DNA of 55,441 nucleotides from Brevinematales bacterium (GTDB taxonomy: Bacteria > Spirochaetota > Brevinematia > Brevinematales > JAOACQ01). The notes under the pieces were generated by a model. It made no database searches. It was not told where the DNA came from and saw only the letters and a program-made list of their open reading frames with translations. A program made the position numbers and the translations under genes. How positions within the stretch are numbered: the first letter of the stretch is position 1; every line of letters begins with the position of its first letter. Shown here piece after piece: positions 1-10,797 of this stretch. Location: NCBI GenBank assembly GCA_026417755.1, contig JAOACQ010000104.1:1-55441 (forward strand), given 5' to 3'.

Positions 1-287
1 AAATAATTGGCCAGATTTTTGTAAAATATTTCAGAAACACCTTCTGCTGGACCTCCGTCCAAACGAGTTTTTCCACTTTTTATAGCAACCCCCAACAATA
101 CAGGATTTAGTTTTTTGACATATTCTAACAAATCGGAGTCATTAACACTATTTGAGGAATAAAAAGAATTGATTCCTTTTATTATTTTTTCTACACTAGC
201 TTCATCAATTTTAGAAAATACTTTAGAAAAAAAAGCTAATTTTGTAAAAATAACTAGGGAAATTACACACTTCCATTTTACCTCCAT
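1..287 (-). CDS. hypothetical protein, partial (3' end lies beyond the window)
   Basis: Minus-strand frame is open to position 1. ATG at 287..285 with GAGGGGG 9 nt upstream. N-terminus MEVKWKCVISLVIFTKLAFF looks like a signal or anchor. No family recognised. Confidence 0.4.
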   Translation of the reverse strand, partial: MEVKWKCVISLVIFTKLAFFSKVFSKIDEASVEKIIKGINSFYSSNSVNDSDLLEYVKKLNPVLLGVAIKSGKTRLDGGPAEGVSEIFYKNLANY

Positions 288-623
288 CTTAGAAATCCCC
301 CTCTATTTGACGTATCATATTCAAAATAATACTTGAAAACTTCAGTTCTATTTGTATAGTTAAAAAAGTGGTAATAAAAATTATTGACATTAGTAAAAGT
401 ATCCTGAATAGCATTCCAACGTGCATAACCTTCAAAACTTATGTTTGTGCCTTAAATTTGATTATTAATTAAGTCTAAAAAAATTTTTTATATATAAAGT
501 TAACACGCTTTGGTAAAAAAAACAAAATTTATGAAAAAATATTTTTAATAATTATATCAAATAGTTGAGAGGGTAGTTTATTTCTATGTAAGTTAATAAA
601 ATTAAAAATAACTTATTAAATCC

Positions 624-2111
624 TTACTCTTCATTAATTATTATGGTGTGTAGCTTTGTTAGTTCATCAATACTATATTTTATTCCTTCCCTACCAAGGC
701 CAGATTTTTTGTTGCCACCGAAAGGAAAATGGCCCACTCCGTGTGCAGGGGCAGAATTTATGGTAACAGAACCATCTTCAAGTTCTTTTGCAATTTTTAA
801 GGCAAGATGAATATTTTCTGTAAAAATACAACTATCAAGGCCATATTCAGAAGAATTTGAAATTTTGATTGCTTCTTCTGTTGAACTCACCTCTATTATT
901 GGCATAATAGGTCCAAAAATTTCTTCTGTGGCCACTCTCATCGACAGATTAACATTATCAAGGATGGTAGCCTCATAGAATAAGCCATTATATTTACCAC
1001 CAGAAAGTAATTTTGCACCTTTTGAAAGAGCATCCTCTACAAGTGAATGAATTCTGTCTCTTGCCCCTTCGTTTATTACTGTTCCCATTACTGTATTTTT
1101 ATCCATTGGGTCACCTATTTTATAATTCTTAACCTCTTCCAGAATCTTTTCAATAAATTTTTCTTTTATCTTTTTATTGATAAGAACTCTACTTACAGCA
1201 TCACATCTTTGTCCCGAATTTCGGAAGGTTCCTCTACATATCTGTTTTGCAGCAAGCTCTATGTTAGCATCTTCAAGAACTATTGCCGAGGCTTTCCCCC
1301 CCAATTCAAGATGTAACTTTTTTATTCCGGCTTTACTGGCGATATATTCTCCTACTTTTGTTGAGCCAGTGAAGCTAATAGCATCTATATCATCACTTGT
1401 AATTAAAACATCTCCTATGTCTCTTCCACGCCCTGTTATAACCTGAATAGCTCCAGTAGGTACCCCCGCAACTTCCAGAATTCTTACAAAATGTATTAAG
1501 GATAATGGAGTATCACTGGCTGGTTTTGCAATTACAGTATTTCCTGCGAGAATGGCAGGAATAATTTTTGCTGCCGCAATATAAAGAGGATAATTAAATG
1601 GTGAAATAGCCAGAACAACCCCAATAGGCTTTCTTAAGACTATTGCAAATTTTCCTTTTGTGTCTTCAACCCATTCGCCCGGTAAATATTCTCCATATAA
1701 AACCCTTACCTCTTCCATTGTAAGGCGAAGTCTCTCATAAGTAGCTTTCACTTCTCCAAGAGAAACAGAAATAGGTTTGCCAGATTCTTTTGTTATTATT
1801 TCAGCGAGGTAATCTTTGTTTGCCAATACAAGCTCGCTTGCTTTCTCCATTATTTCCAATCGATGAATTGGAGGAATTTTTTTCATTTCAGAAAAATTTT
1901 TTGCAGCTTCTATTGCAGCTTTTGCATCATCAATTGAACAATCTGGAACCTTTGCAAAAACTTCATTTGTTGCCGGATTATAAACATTGAAGGTTTTTTC
2001 ACTACCAAAACATGTCCAACAACCATTTATTAAAATCTTGTAGTTTTTAATTCCGTTTACTTCACTAAATATTTCTTCAAAAATATTTTGCATAGCATTC
2101 CCCCCGCTCAT
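624..2111 (-). CDS. NAD(P)-dependent aldehyde dehydrogenase, GapN-like
   Basis: ALDH family motifs ELGGKA, GQRCDA (catalytic Cys) and EEIFGP. The track ORF starts at TTG 2132. ATG 2111 has a GGGAGGGG SD and lies downstream of the predicted promoter. ATG 2093 is also possible. Confidence 0.85.
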   Translation of the reverse strand: MSGGNAMQNIFEEIFSEVNGIKNYKILINGCWTCFGSEKTFNVYNPATNEVFAKVPDCSIDDAKAAIEAAKNFSEMKKIPPIHRLEIMEKASELVLANKDYLAEIITKESGKPISVSLGEVKATYERLRLTMEEVRVLYGEYLPGEWVEDTKGKFAIVLRKPIGVVLAISPFNYPLYIAAAKIIPAILAGNTVIAKPASDTPLSLIHFVRILEVAGVPTGAIQVITGRGRDIGDVLITSDDIDAISFTGSTKVGEYIASKAGIKKLHLELGGKASAIVLEDANIELAAKQICRGTFRNSGQRCDAVSRVLINKKIKEKFIEKILEEVKNYKIGDPMDKNTVMGTVINEGARDRIHSLVEDALSKGAKLLSGGKYNGLFYEATILDNVNLSMRVATEEIFGPIMPIIEVSSTEEAIKISNSSEYGLDSCIFTENIHLALKIAKELEDGSVTINSAPAHGVGHFPFGGNKKSGLGREGIKYSIDELTKLHTIIINEE

Positions 2112-2134
2112 AAAAAAATTCCCCTCCCGCAACT

Positions 2135-2162
2135 ATTATATGTAATTTTTTTTAAAAGTCAA
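2135..2162 (-). promoter_or_regulatory. candidate sigma-70 promoter for the aldehyde dehydrogenase gene
   Basis: Minus strand reads TTGACT (2162..2157), 16-nt spacer, TATAAT (2140..2135). Confidence 0.4.
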
Positions 2163-2182
2163 TATATTTTTTTCATTTTTTC

Positions 2183-2211
2183 TTGACTTATTAATTTTTT
2201 GAATGTATATT
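2183..2211 (+). promoter_or_regulatory. candidate sigma-70 promoter for the RND efflux operon
   Basis: TTGACT (2183..2188), 17-nt spacer, TATATT (2206..2211), 46 nt upstream of the adaptor gene ATG. Confidence 0.45.
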
Positions 2212-2213
2212 TT

Positions 2214-2241
2214 AAAGTGGACGGACAAGTCCGTCCACTTT
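2214..2241. promoter_or_regulatory. perfect inverted repeat (13-bp arms, 2-bp spacer), likely operator or 5' leader hairpin
   Basis: AAAGTGGACGGAC-AA-GTCCGTCCACTTT sits immediately downstream of the -10 element. It is GC-rich in an AT-rich intergenic region. Confidence 0.5.
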
Positions 2242-2256
2242 TAGACGGAGGATATT

Positions 2257-3132
2257 ATGTTTAAAAAGGTTGTATGGCTTTTGTTAATTTCAATACTTAC
2301 ATTTTATTCTTGTGGGCAGAAAAAAGAAAAAGAAAAGAAGGAACAGATTGTTACTGTTCTTGTTGACAGTGTCAAGAAAAAAGAAATGAAGCAATTTCTA
2401 GATTTGTCCGGGCAGGTTGTGGGCAGAGAAGAGGTTAAAGTTTTTTCTGATTTACCCGGAAAGGTTGCTTCAATTAAGGTTGTAGAGGGACAATATGTAG
2501 CAAAAGACACAGTTATAGCTTATATAGATAGATCTCAGGTTGGAATGGATTATGCTCTTGCACCTGTTCGCTCACCAATAAGTGGTTATATTCTTACAAT
2601 CTATGTGGTTCAGGGGCAACTCGTTGCTGCAGGAAGTGTGCCAATAGCAAGTGTTGGAAATCTTAATAATATGGATGTAATAATTTCTGTACCAGAAAAG
2701 TATCTGAAAGATATAAAAATAGGTCAAAAGTTATATCTCAAGGTAAATACCTATCCGGATTTAAGTTTTGAGGGAGACATATACAGAAAGGATTTATCAG
2801 TTGATCCTGTGAGCAGGACACTGACAGTGAGAGGGAGAATTTATAATCCTCAGGGGAAGTTATTTTCTGGAATGTATGGGGATGTATCGATTCTTTTGAG
2901 GTATGAACCTTCAATAATAGTGATTCCTGCTAGTGCAATTGTTAAATTAAATGATGAAAATGGTGTTTATGTGAATGAAAACAATATTGCTAAATTCAGA
3001 AAGATAAAAATTGCTTTTAACTACAAAGATAATGTCGCGGTATCAGAAGGACTTAAAGAAGGTGAAGAAATAGTAATATTTGGTAGGGAGTTTTTAAAGG
3101 ACGGAACACCTATCAATCCAGTAAGAGAATAA
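2257..3132 (+). CDS. efflux RND transporter periplasmic adaptor subunit (MFP/HlyD family), lipoprotein
   Basis: Signal peptide with Cys (LTFYSCG). Adaptor-like sequence, immediately upstream of the RND permease gene. Confidence 0.8.
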   Translation: MFKKVVWLLLISILTFYSCGQKKEKEKKEQIVTVLVDSVKKKEMKQFLDLSGQVVGREEVKVFSDLPGKVASIKVVEGQYVAKDTVIAYIDRSQVGMDYALAPVRSPISGYILTIYVVQGQLVAAGSVPIASVGNLNNMDVIISVPEKYLKDIKIGQKLYLKVNTYPDLSFEGDIYRKDLSVDPVSRTLTVRGRIYNPQGKLFSGMYGDVSILLRYEPSIIVIPASAIVKLNDENGVYVNENNIAKFRKIKIAFNYKDNVAVSEGLKEGEEIVIFGREFLKDGTPINPVRE

Positions 3133-3144
3133 ACGGGGGTAAAA

Positions 3145-5586
3145 ATGTCTATACCTAAAACAGCAGTAGAAAGACCGGTAACAATGTGGATGGGTCTTTT
3201 TGCTATATTGGTTCTTGGTTTTGTGGCCTTAACAAGGCTTCCTATAGATAACTTGCCGAATCTAGAATTTCCAGTTCTTTCTGTTATAACATCTTATGAT
3301 GGTGCTTCACCCCAAGAGGTTGAAAGACAGGTTACCAGGATAATCGAAGGTGCAGTGTCTGGTGTTAATGATATTGATAAGGTTGAATCAACCTCAGCAG
3401 AAGGACAATCAGTCGTGAGTGTTTATTTCAACTGGGGTGTAAATCTTGATGCAAGGGCGAGTGATATAAGAGAAAAACTTGATTTTATAAAAAAAGCCCT
3501 CCCAGATGGAGCTTCTACGCCTGCAGTTTTCAAATTTTCTTCCTCTATGTTTCCAATTTTGAATGTAGGTTTAACAGGTATAAATGACCTGGAGGCTTTA
3601 TATGATATTGCTGAAAATCAGGTTAAAACAAAACTTGAACAGGTTTCAGGAGTCGCAAATGTTTCAATAATGGGAGGAATAAAAAAAGAAGTAAGAGTTG
3701 ATGTGGATAGAAATAGGCTTCAGGCTTATGGAATAGGAATTGACACAATAAGTTCACTTCTTATGGTAGAAAATCAAAACCAGGCTGGTGGGCATACTTA
3801 CGAAGGAGTTTACAAATACATTTTGAGAACAGAGGGAGAATTTAAGACGCTTGATGACATTAGAAATGTTATCATTGGTGTAAAAAATGGTGTCCCGATA
3901 AGATTGAGGGAGGTTGCAAATGTTTATTTTGCTCCAAGTGATTCACAGGGAATAGTAAGAGTAAATGGGACACCCGGGGTGACAATTTTTATTTACAAAG
4001 AGGCGGGTAGAAATACTGTTCAAGTGGCTAAAAATGTACAAAAGAAAATGAAGGAAATAGAAGAAAGTCTTCCTCCCGGTGTTAAACTCAATGTGATAAT
4101 GGATATGTCAAAAGGGATAGAATCATCTATATTGAATGTAAGAAACTCAGCTTTACTTGGGGCAGTTCTTGCAATATTGATACTTATCTTGTTTTTGTGG
4201 AACTTAAGAACGGTATTGATAATAGCAATTTCCATTCCAGCATCTATTATTACTACTTTTATAATGATGTATTTCTTTAACGTAACTCTTAATATTGTTT
4301 CTCTTGGAGGGCTTGCTTTGGGGGTTGGAATGATGGTGGATAGTTCAATAGTGGTGCTTGAAAATATTTTTTATCACAGACAACGAGGGCTTACAAAATA
4401 CAAGGCTTCTGTTATAGGATCTGAAGAGGTAATGTTGCCTGTTGTGGCTTCTACACTTACTACAGTTGCAGTGTTTTTACCAATAGTTTTTGTCCAGGGT
4501 TTTACAGCTCAGATTTTCAGAGATCTTGCACTTACAGTTACAATATCATTGCTCAGTTCTTTGCTTATTGCTATAACAATGGTTCCCATGCTTGCAAGTA
4601 AACTTGTTCATATAGAAGAAAATAGATTTCTCAAACCATTTGAAGATAAGTTTCTTGAAGTTTGGGATAAACTTACAAATTTCTATCTCAAATGGCTTGA
4701 TAAAGGTTTGAGAAACAAGAAGAAAGCATTATTTTTAATATTTGGAAGTTTTATAGTTGTGGGTACAATAACAACAGTCCTAATTGGTAAGGAGGGAATG
4801 CCTCAGAGTGATGAAGGAGCTTTTGTTGTAGATATCAGTTTCCCTACCGGGACAAGGATTGAATATACCGACAAATTGACCAAAGAAGTTGAAAAAAGAA
4901 TTATTAAAACTATAGGTAGCGATCTTGACTCTCTTGTTTCAAGAATAAATTCTCCGGGTTTATTCAGAAGTAGTGCTAATGAATATACTGCCTCGATAAG
5001 AGTGGGATTAATAGACAAAAATAAAAGGAAAGTTTCAACATTTGAGACAATGGAAAAGATAAGAAATATTATGAAAGACTTCCCTGCAAAGGTAAATGTA
5101 AGAGTTTTTGGAATGAGTGGAGGGGGTTTTAATTCTTCTTTAACTATTGAAGTATCAGGTGATGATCTTGTACAAAGCGATAAAATAGTAAGAAAAATCA
5201 TAGAAGTTGTTTCCAAGGTAAAAGGTGTAAGAAATCCACAGTCAAATCGTTCAGATGCTTTACCTGAAATAGTCTTAAGGATAAATAGAGAACTTGCTTC
5301 AAAACTGGGACTTAATGCTTATAATTTGAGTCAGGTTATCAAAACAGCTTTTGGTGGTAAGACAGCAACTCAAATGAAAATAGAAGGGGATCAGATAGAT
5401 GTTATAGTTCAGTTAAAAGAAGAAAATAGAATGAGTATAGAGGATGTTTTAAATCTTCAGGTTCCTTCTCCTCTTGGTAAACTTGTACCATTGTCTTCGA
5501 TAGTTGATGAGACAAAGGGGACAGGACCGATTGCCATATATAGAAAAAATAACAAGAGGGTAGTAACTATTTCTCTTGATCCATAG
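3145..5586 (+). CDS. RND (AcrB/AcrD/AcrF family) efflux permease, N-terminal 813-aa part, ended by an in-frame TAG
   Basis: TM1, a large periplasmic loop, a TM2-7 block and a second periplasmic loop. The frame continues into 5599..6219 after a single TAG at 5584..5586. Confidence 0.85.
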   Translation: MSIPKTAVERPVTMWMGLFAILVLGFVALTRLPIDNLPNLEFPVLSVITSYDGASPQEVERQVTRIIEGAVSGVNDIDKVESTSAEGQSVVSVYFNWGVNLDARASDIREKLDFIKKALPDGASTPAVFKFSSSMFPILNVGLTGINDLEALYDIAENQVKTKLEQVSGVANVSIMGGIKKEVRVDVDRNRLQAYGIGIDTISSLLMVENQNQAGGHTYEGVYKYILRTEGEFKTLDDIRNVIIGVKNGVPIRLREVANVYFAPSDSQGIVRVNGTPGVTIFIYKEAGRNTVQVAKNVQKKMKEIEESLPPGVKLNVIMDMSKGIESSILNVRNSALLGAVLAILILILFLWNLRTVLIIAISIPASIITTFIMMYFFNVTLNIVSLGGLALGVGMMVDSSIVVLENIFYHRQRGLTKYKASVIGSEEVMLPVVASTLTTVAVFLPIVFVQGFTAQIFRDLALTVTISLLSSLLIAITMVPMLASKLVHIEENRFLKPFEDKFLEVWDKLTNFYLKWLDKGLRNKKKALFLIFGSFIVVGTITTVLIGKEGMPQSDEGAFVVDISFPTGTRIEYTDKLTKEVEKRIIKTIGSDLDSLVSRINSPGLFRSSANEYTASIRVGLIDKNKRKVSTFETMEKIRNIMKDFPAKVNVRVFGMSGGGFNSSLTIEVSGDDLVQSDKIVRKIIEVVSKVKGVRNPQSNRSDALPEIVLRINRELASKLGLNAYNLSQVIKTAFGGKTATQMKIEGDQIDVIVQLKEENRMSIEDVLNLQVPSPLGKLVPLSSIVDETKGTGPIAIYRKNNKRVVTISLDP

Positions 5587-5598
5587 GGGGGTGTTTTT

Positions 5599-6219
5599 TT
5601 GAAACTTGAAAGAGAGATAAAAGCCGCAATAAAGAAGAATGTATTCTTGCCAAAAGGCTTTTCTATTGAATATGGTGGAGCCGCAAAAGATATGGCAGAA
5701 TCTTTTGGACAACTTGGGCTTGCTTTACTTCTTGCTGTTATACTTATATATGCTATTATGGCTTCACAATTTGAATCATTTATTGCTCCTTTCGTGATTA
5801 TGTTTACAGTGCCTTTTGGTTATGTAGGTAGCGTTGTAGCTTTATTTATATTTGGGAAGACCTTAAGCACTGTATCTTTTATTGGTGTGGTTGTTCTTGC
5901 AGGAATTGTTGTTAACAATGGAATAATACTTATAAGTTTTATGAATGATATGTTAAAAGAAAGATTCGGAGATCCGGATAAAGTTGCTTTAGAAGCAGGA
6001 AAAAGAAGAATAAGACCTATAGCAATGACAGTTTTAACGACGGTTCTTGGATTGGTTCCGATGGCTGTTGGTATCGGAGAAGGGGCGGAATTGTATTCTC
6101 CTCTTGCCTTTTCAATTTTAGGAGGGCTTATTGTTTCTACATTAATTACACTTATAGCCATACCAATAATATATTCAGCATTGAGAAAGAGAATTCCATT
6201 AAAACTTATAGAAGAGTAG
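5599..6219 (+). CDS. RND efflux permease, C-terminal part (last TM bundle); same frame as 3145..5586
   Basis: Hydrophobic TM8-12-like region. Both segments are in frame 1 and sum to about 1024 codons, a typical RND permease length. The TTG start given in the track is probably artefactual. Confidence 0.75.
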   Translation: MKLEREIKAAIKKNVFLPKGFSIEYGGAAKDMAESFGQLGLALLLAVILIYAIMASQFESFIAPFVIMFTVPFGYVGSVVALFIFGKTLSTVSFIGVVVLAGIVVNNGIILISFMNDMLKERFGDPDKVALEAGKRRIRPIAMTVLTTVLGLVPMAVGIGEGAELYSPLAFSILGGLIVSTLITLIAIPIIYSALRKRIPLKLIEE

Positions 6220-6246
6220 TTCTCCCTGTGCATTAAAAATATATAG

Positions 6247-6277
6247 GGCTACCCGGGGTTGTCGGGTAGCCTTTTTT
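6247..6277 (+). terminator. intrinsic terminator after the RND operon
   Basis: GGCTACCCG / CGGGTAGCC 9-bp stem, 7-nt loop, then TTTTTT. Confidence 0.8.
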
Positions 6278-6400
6278 AACAAATTACAGTATTAACATTA
6301 ACCCTGACAAACAGTTGATTTTTTTTGAATATTATTTCATACTTATAATGGGAATAATTTTATTTTGCGTTTTTTTACTATTTTTTAAGAGGAGGAAAAT

Positions 6401-8109
6401 GTGTTAACAGGTGCAAAGATTCTGATTGAAAGTCTTAAGAAAGAAGGTGTAGAAGTCGTTTTTGGTTACCCAGGTGGGGTTGTGATCCCTATTTTTGATG
6501 TGTTATATGAAGAAAAAGATATAAAATTAGTGCATGTGAGACACGAACAAGGTGCAGCACATGCGGCTGATGGCTATGCGAGAGCTACTGGGAAGGTGGG
6601 GGTTTGTCTTGCGACAAGTGGCCCCGGAGCAACAAACTTAGTCACAGGTATTGCTACAGCTTATATGGATTCAATACCCATGGTTGCTTTAACAGGACAG
6701 GTTGCTACTTCTATGATTGGTAGTGATGCTTTTCAGGAAGCTGATATTACAGGTATAACAAGGTCTATTACAAAACATAATTTTTTGGTAAAAGATGTAA
6801 AAGATCTTGCAAGAATTATAAAAGAGGCATTTTATATCGCAAGTACAGGAAGACCGGGTCCAGTCCTTGTTGATCTTCCAAAAGATGTGCTTGTATCAAA
6901 GACTGAATTTAATTACCCTGATAAAGTGGAATTGAGAGGTTATAAACCAAAAGTCAAAATTCATTTAGGACAAATAAAAAAGGCAATAGAGATGATAAAT
7001 GAGGCAAAAAAGCCTCTTATCTACTATGGTGGGGGTGTAATCCTTGGCAATGCTTCATCTGAATTGACAGAGTTTGTAAGAAAATCCGGAATTCCTGTAA
7101 CTTCAACTCTAATGGGGCTTGGTGGTTATCCCGGAGATTATAAAGATCCTCTGTATCTAGGAATGCTAGGAATGCATGGTACTGTTTATGCTAATTATGC
7201 AATGCATAACTGTGATTTGATTATAGCTATTGGAGCAAGATTTGATGATAGAGTAACAGGTAAGTTGGATGAATTTGCTCCTAATGCAAAAATTATTCAT
7301 ATTGACATAGACCCATCCTCCATCAGTAAAAATGTGGTGGTCGATGTTCCTATAGTCGGTGATGTTAAGGAAATACTTGTTGAAATAAACAAACTTATTA
7401 AACCGGTTAAAATCACAGAATGGCTTGAACAAGTTGCTAACTGGAAAGAAAAGTATCCGCTTACCTATACAAAGGATACAAAATTTGTAAAACCACAATA
7501 TGTTGTAGACAAGCTCTCAGAGTTAACAAAGGGTAATGCTATAATCGCAACAGAGGTTGGGCAGCATCAAATGTGGGTTGCTCAATATTATCAGTTTGTA
7601 AAACCAAGAACACTTCTTACATCAGGTGGACTTGGAACAATGGGATATGGGCTACCGGCTTCAATTGGGGCTAAGGTGGCTTTTCCTGATAAAACTGTTA
7701 TTACAGTAGCCGGAGATGGCTCTCTACAGATGAATATTCAAGAACTTGCTACGGCTATTGCTCATGACATAAATATTAAGGTTATAATTCTTAATAATGC
7801 CTATCTTGGTATGGTTCGTCAATGGCAAGAGCTTTTCTATAGTAAGAGATATTCTGGAGTATGTCTTGCAAAAACTGATAAAAATGGAGAAATGTGTGGG
7901 TATTATCCAGATTTTATTAAAATTGCAGAGGCATATGGTTTTTGGGGTAAAAGGATAACTACAAATGAAGAGGTTGAAAAGGCTCTTAAAGAATTGCTTG
8001 AAGTTAAGGGACCAGCCTTGCTTGATATCTGGATAGAAAAGGAAGAAAATGTATTTCCAATGGTTCCAGCTGGAGCAAATCTTACACAGATGATAGGAGG
8101 GTTAGCATA

Positions 8110-8110
<1 letters not shown>
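6401..8110 (+). CDS. ilvB: acetolactate synthase (acetohydroxyacid synthase) large subunit, biosynthetic type
   Basis: ThDP enzyme motifs ([23 protein letters not shown]). GTG start after a GAGGAGG SD. Followed by the small subunit gene. Confidence 0.95.
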
Positions 8111-9622
<1,512 letters not shown>

Positions 9623-9632
9623 ATTTAAAAAG

Positions 9633-9660
9633 GCTGTGATCTTAAATCACAGCCTTTATA
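9633..9660 (+). terminator. intrinsic terminator after ilvC
   Basis: GGCTGTGAT / ATCACAGCC stem, 5-nt loop, then a short TTTATAT tail. Confidence 0.6.
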
Positions 9661-9669
9661 TATTAAGCT

Positions 9670-10791
9670 ATGATATATTTTGATAATTCTGCTACTTCAT
9701 TTCCAAAACCAGAGATTGTTTATAAAAAAATGATGGATTTGTATCAGAGATTTGGTGTAAATCCACATAGAGGGAATTATAAATTGTCTTTTGAGGCGGG
9801 AAATATAGTAGAAGAGACGAGAACTCTTATATCAAATTTTTTTAATGGTTATGGTAGGGATTTTGTTGTTTTTACTTTTAATGCCACTGATTCATTAAAT
9901 ATGGCTATAAAAGGTCTTCTGGAAGATGGGGATGAGGTTATAACTACTGTTCTTGAACATAATTCTGTATTAAGACCTTTAAATCATCTTAAGAATGAAA
10001 AAAATATCAAGGTTACATATCTTAACATAAAAGATGAAGAAATTTCTCTAGAAGAATTAAGACAGAATCTTTCAAAGAAAACAAAGCTGGTAATTGTAAA
10101 TCATATTTCTAACGTTACAGGTTATATACAGGATATAAAGGCTATTGGAGAAATAATTAAAAAAAATTCTCGGGCATTTTTTCTTGTTGATGCTTCTCAA
10201 AGTGCCGGTATAGTTCCAATAGATCAAAAAGATTCAAAAATAGATATTCTCATCACTACAGGCCACAAAGCCTTATATGCCCCAACTGGTATAGGGTTGC
10301 TTCTTTTAGCTCCTGAGGTTAAAATTAAGCCACTTAGGACTGGCGGGAGTGGGCATAATTCAGAAAATCCATACCAACCAGAAAATATGCCGGACTATCT
10401 TGAAGCAGGAACTTTAAACATTATTGGTATTTTTGGACTCAAAGCTGGTATAGAGTTTCTAATAGATACAGGCATAGAAAATATTCATAAGAAAGAGTTA
10501 TTATTAAAATCTTTTTTGCTTGAGGAACTAAGATCAAGCAATTTTAATATTTTCACTTCAAAAAAGGACTCTGCTGGGATAATAAGTTTGAATTCTAACA
10601 AATACTCCCCCATCGAATTAGCGACCATACTTGATGAAGCTGGTATAGCTACACGGAGTGGGTTGCATTGTGCACCATTACTTCACAAATCTATCGGGAC
10701 ATTCCCAGAAGGGACATTAAGGATAAGTTTCGGTTTTTTTAATACAGAAGATGAAGTTGTTTTTCTATCCAATATTTTAAAAAATATATAA
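9670..10791 (+). CDS. class V aminotransferase-fold PLP enzyme, cysteine desulfurase-like
   Basis: N-terminal YFDNSATS, PLP-lysine region TGHKALYAPTG, C-terminal active-site Cys context SGLHCAP. Confidence 0.8.
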   Translation: MIYFDNSATSFPKPEIVYKKMMDLYQRFGVNPHRGNYKLSFEAGNIVEETRTLISNFFNGYGRDFVVFTFNATDSLNMAIKGLLEDGDEVITTVLEHNSVLRPLNHLKNEKNIKVTYLNIKDEEISLEELRQNLSKKTKLVIVNHISNVTGYIQDIKAIGEIIKKNSRAFFLVDASQSAGIVPIDQKDSKIDILITTGHKALYAPTGIGLLLLAPEVKIKPLRTGGSGHNSENPYQPENMPDYLEAGTLNIIGIFGLKAGIEFLIDTGIENIHKKELLLKSFLLEELRSSNFNIFTSKKDSAGIISLNSNKYSPIELATILDEAGIATRSGLHCAPLLHKSIGTFPEGTLRISFGFFNTEDEVVFLSNILKNI

Positions 10792-10797
10792 AAGAGG

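Noticed and set aside
281-451. 57-codon stop-free frame on the minus strand (GTNISFEGYARWNAIQDTF...SNRGGFLRWR) in the first intergenic region.
   Set aside because: It has no ATG/GTG/TTG start. Its Asn/Tyr/Phe-rich composition is what AT-rich non-coding DNA produces. It also overlaps the start of the neighbouring ORF in another frame. At most it is a decayed remnant.
1047-1446. Track ORFs 1047..1316, 1177..1446 and 1790..1990 on the + strand.
   Set aside because: They lie wholly inside and antisense to the well-supported aldehyde dehydrogenase gene, have no SD and show mirror-image composition. The same reasoning applies to 2304..2510, 4020..4235, 4803..5216, 5449..5712, 5820..6233, 7166..7498, 8529..8762, 9086..9292, 11835..12116 and 13104..13427.
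5584-5586. Possibility that TAG is reassigned as a sense codon, which would make the RND gene intact.
   Set aside because: TAG clearly terminates the same gene at 6217..6219. All other genes end at TAA/TAG/TGA at sensible lengths, so a standard code fits.
6278-6400. Looked for a T-box, leader peptide or attenuator upstream of ilvB, and for a clean sigma-70 promoter.
   Set aside because: A TATAAT is present at 6344..6349, but the candidate -35 hexamers sit at 13- or 23-nt spacing. The roughly 45-nt leader shows no specifier or terminator/antiterminator structure and no Ile/Leu/Val-rich mini-ORF.
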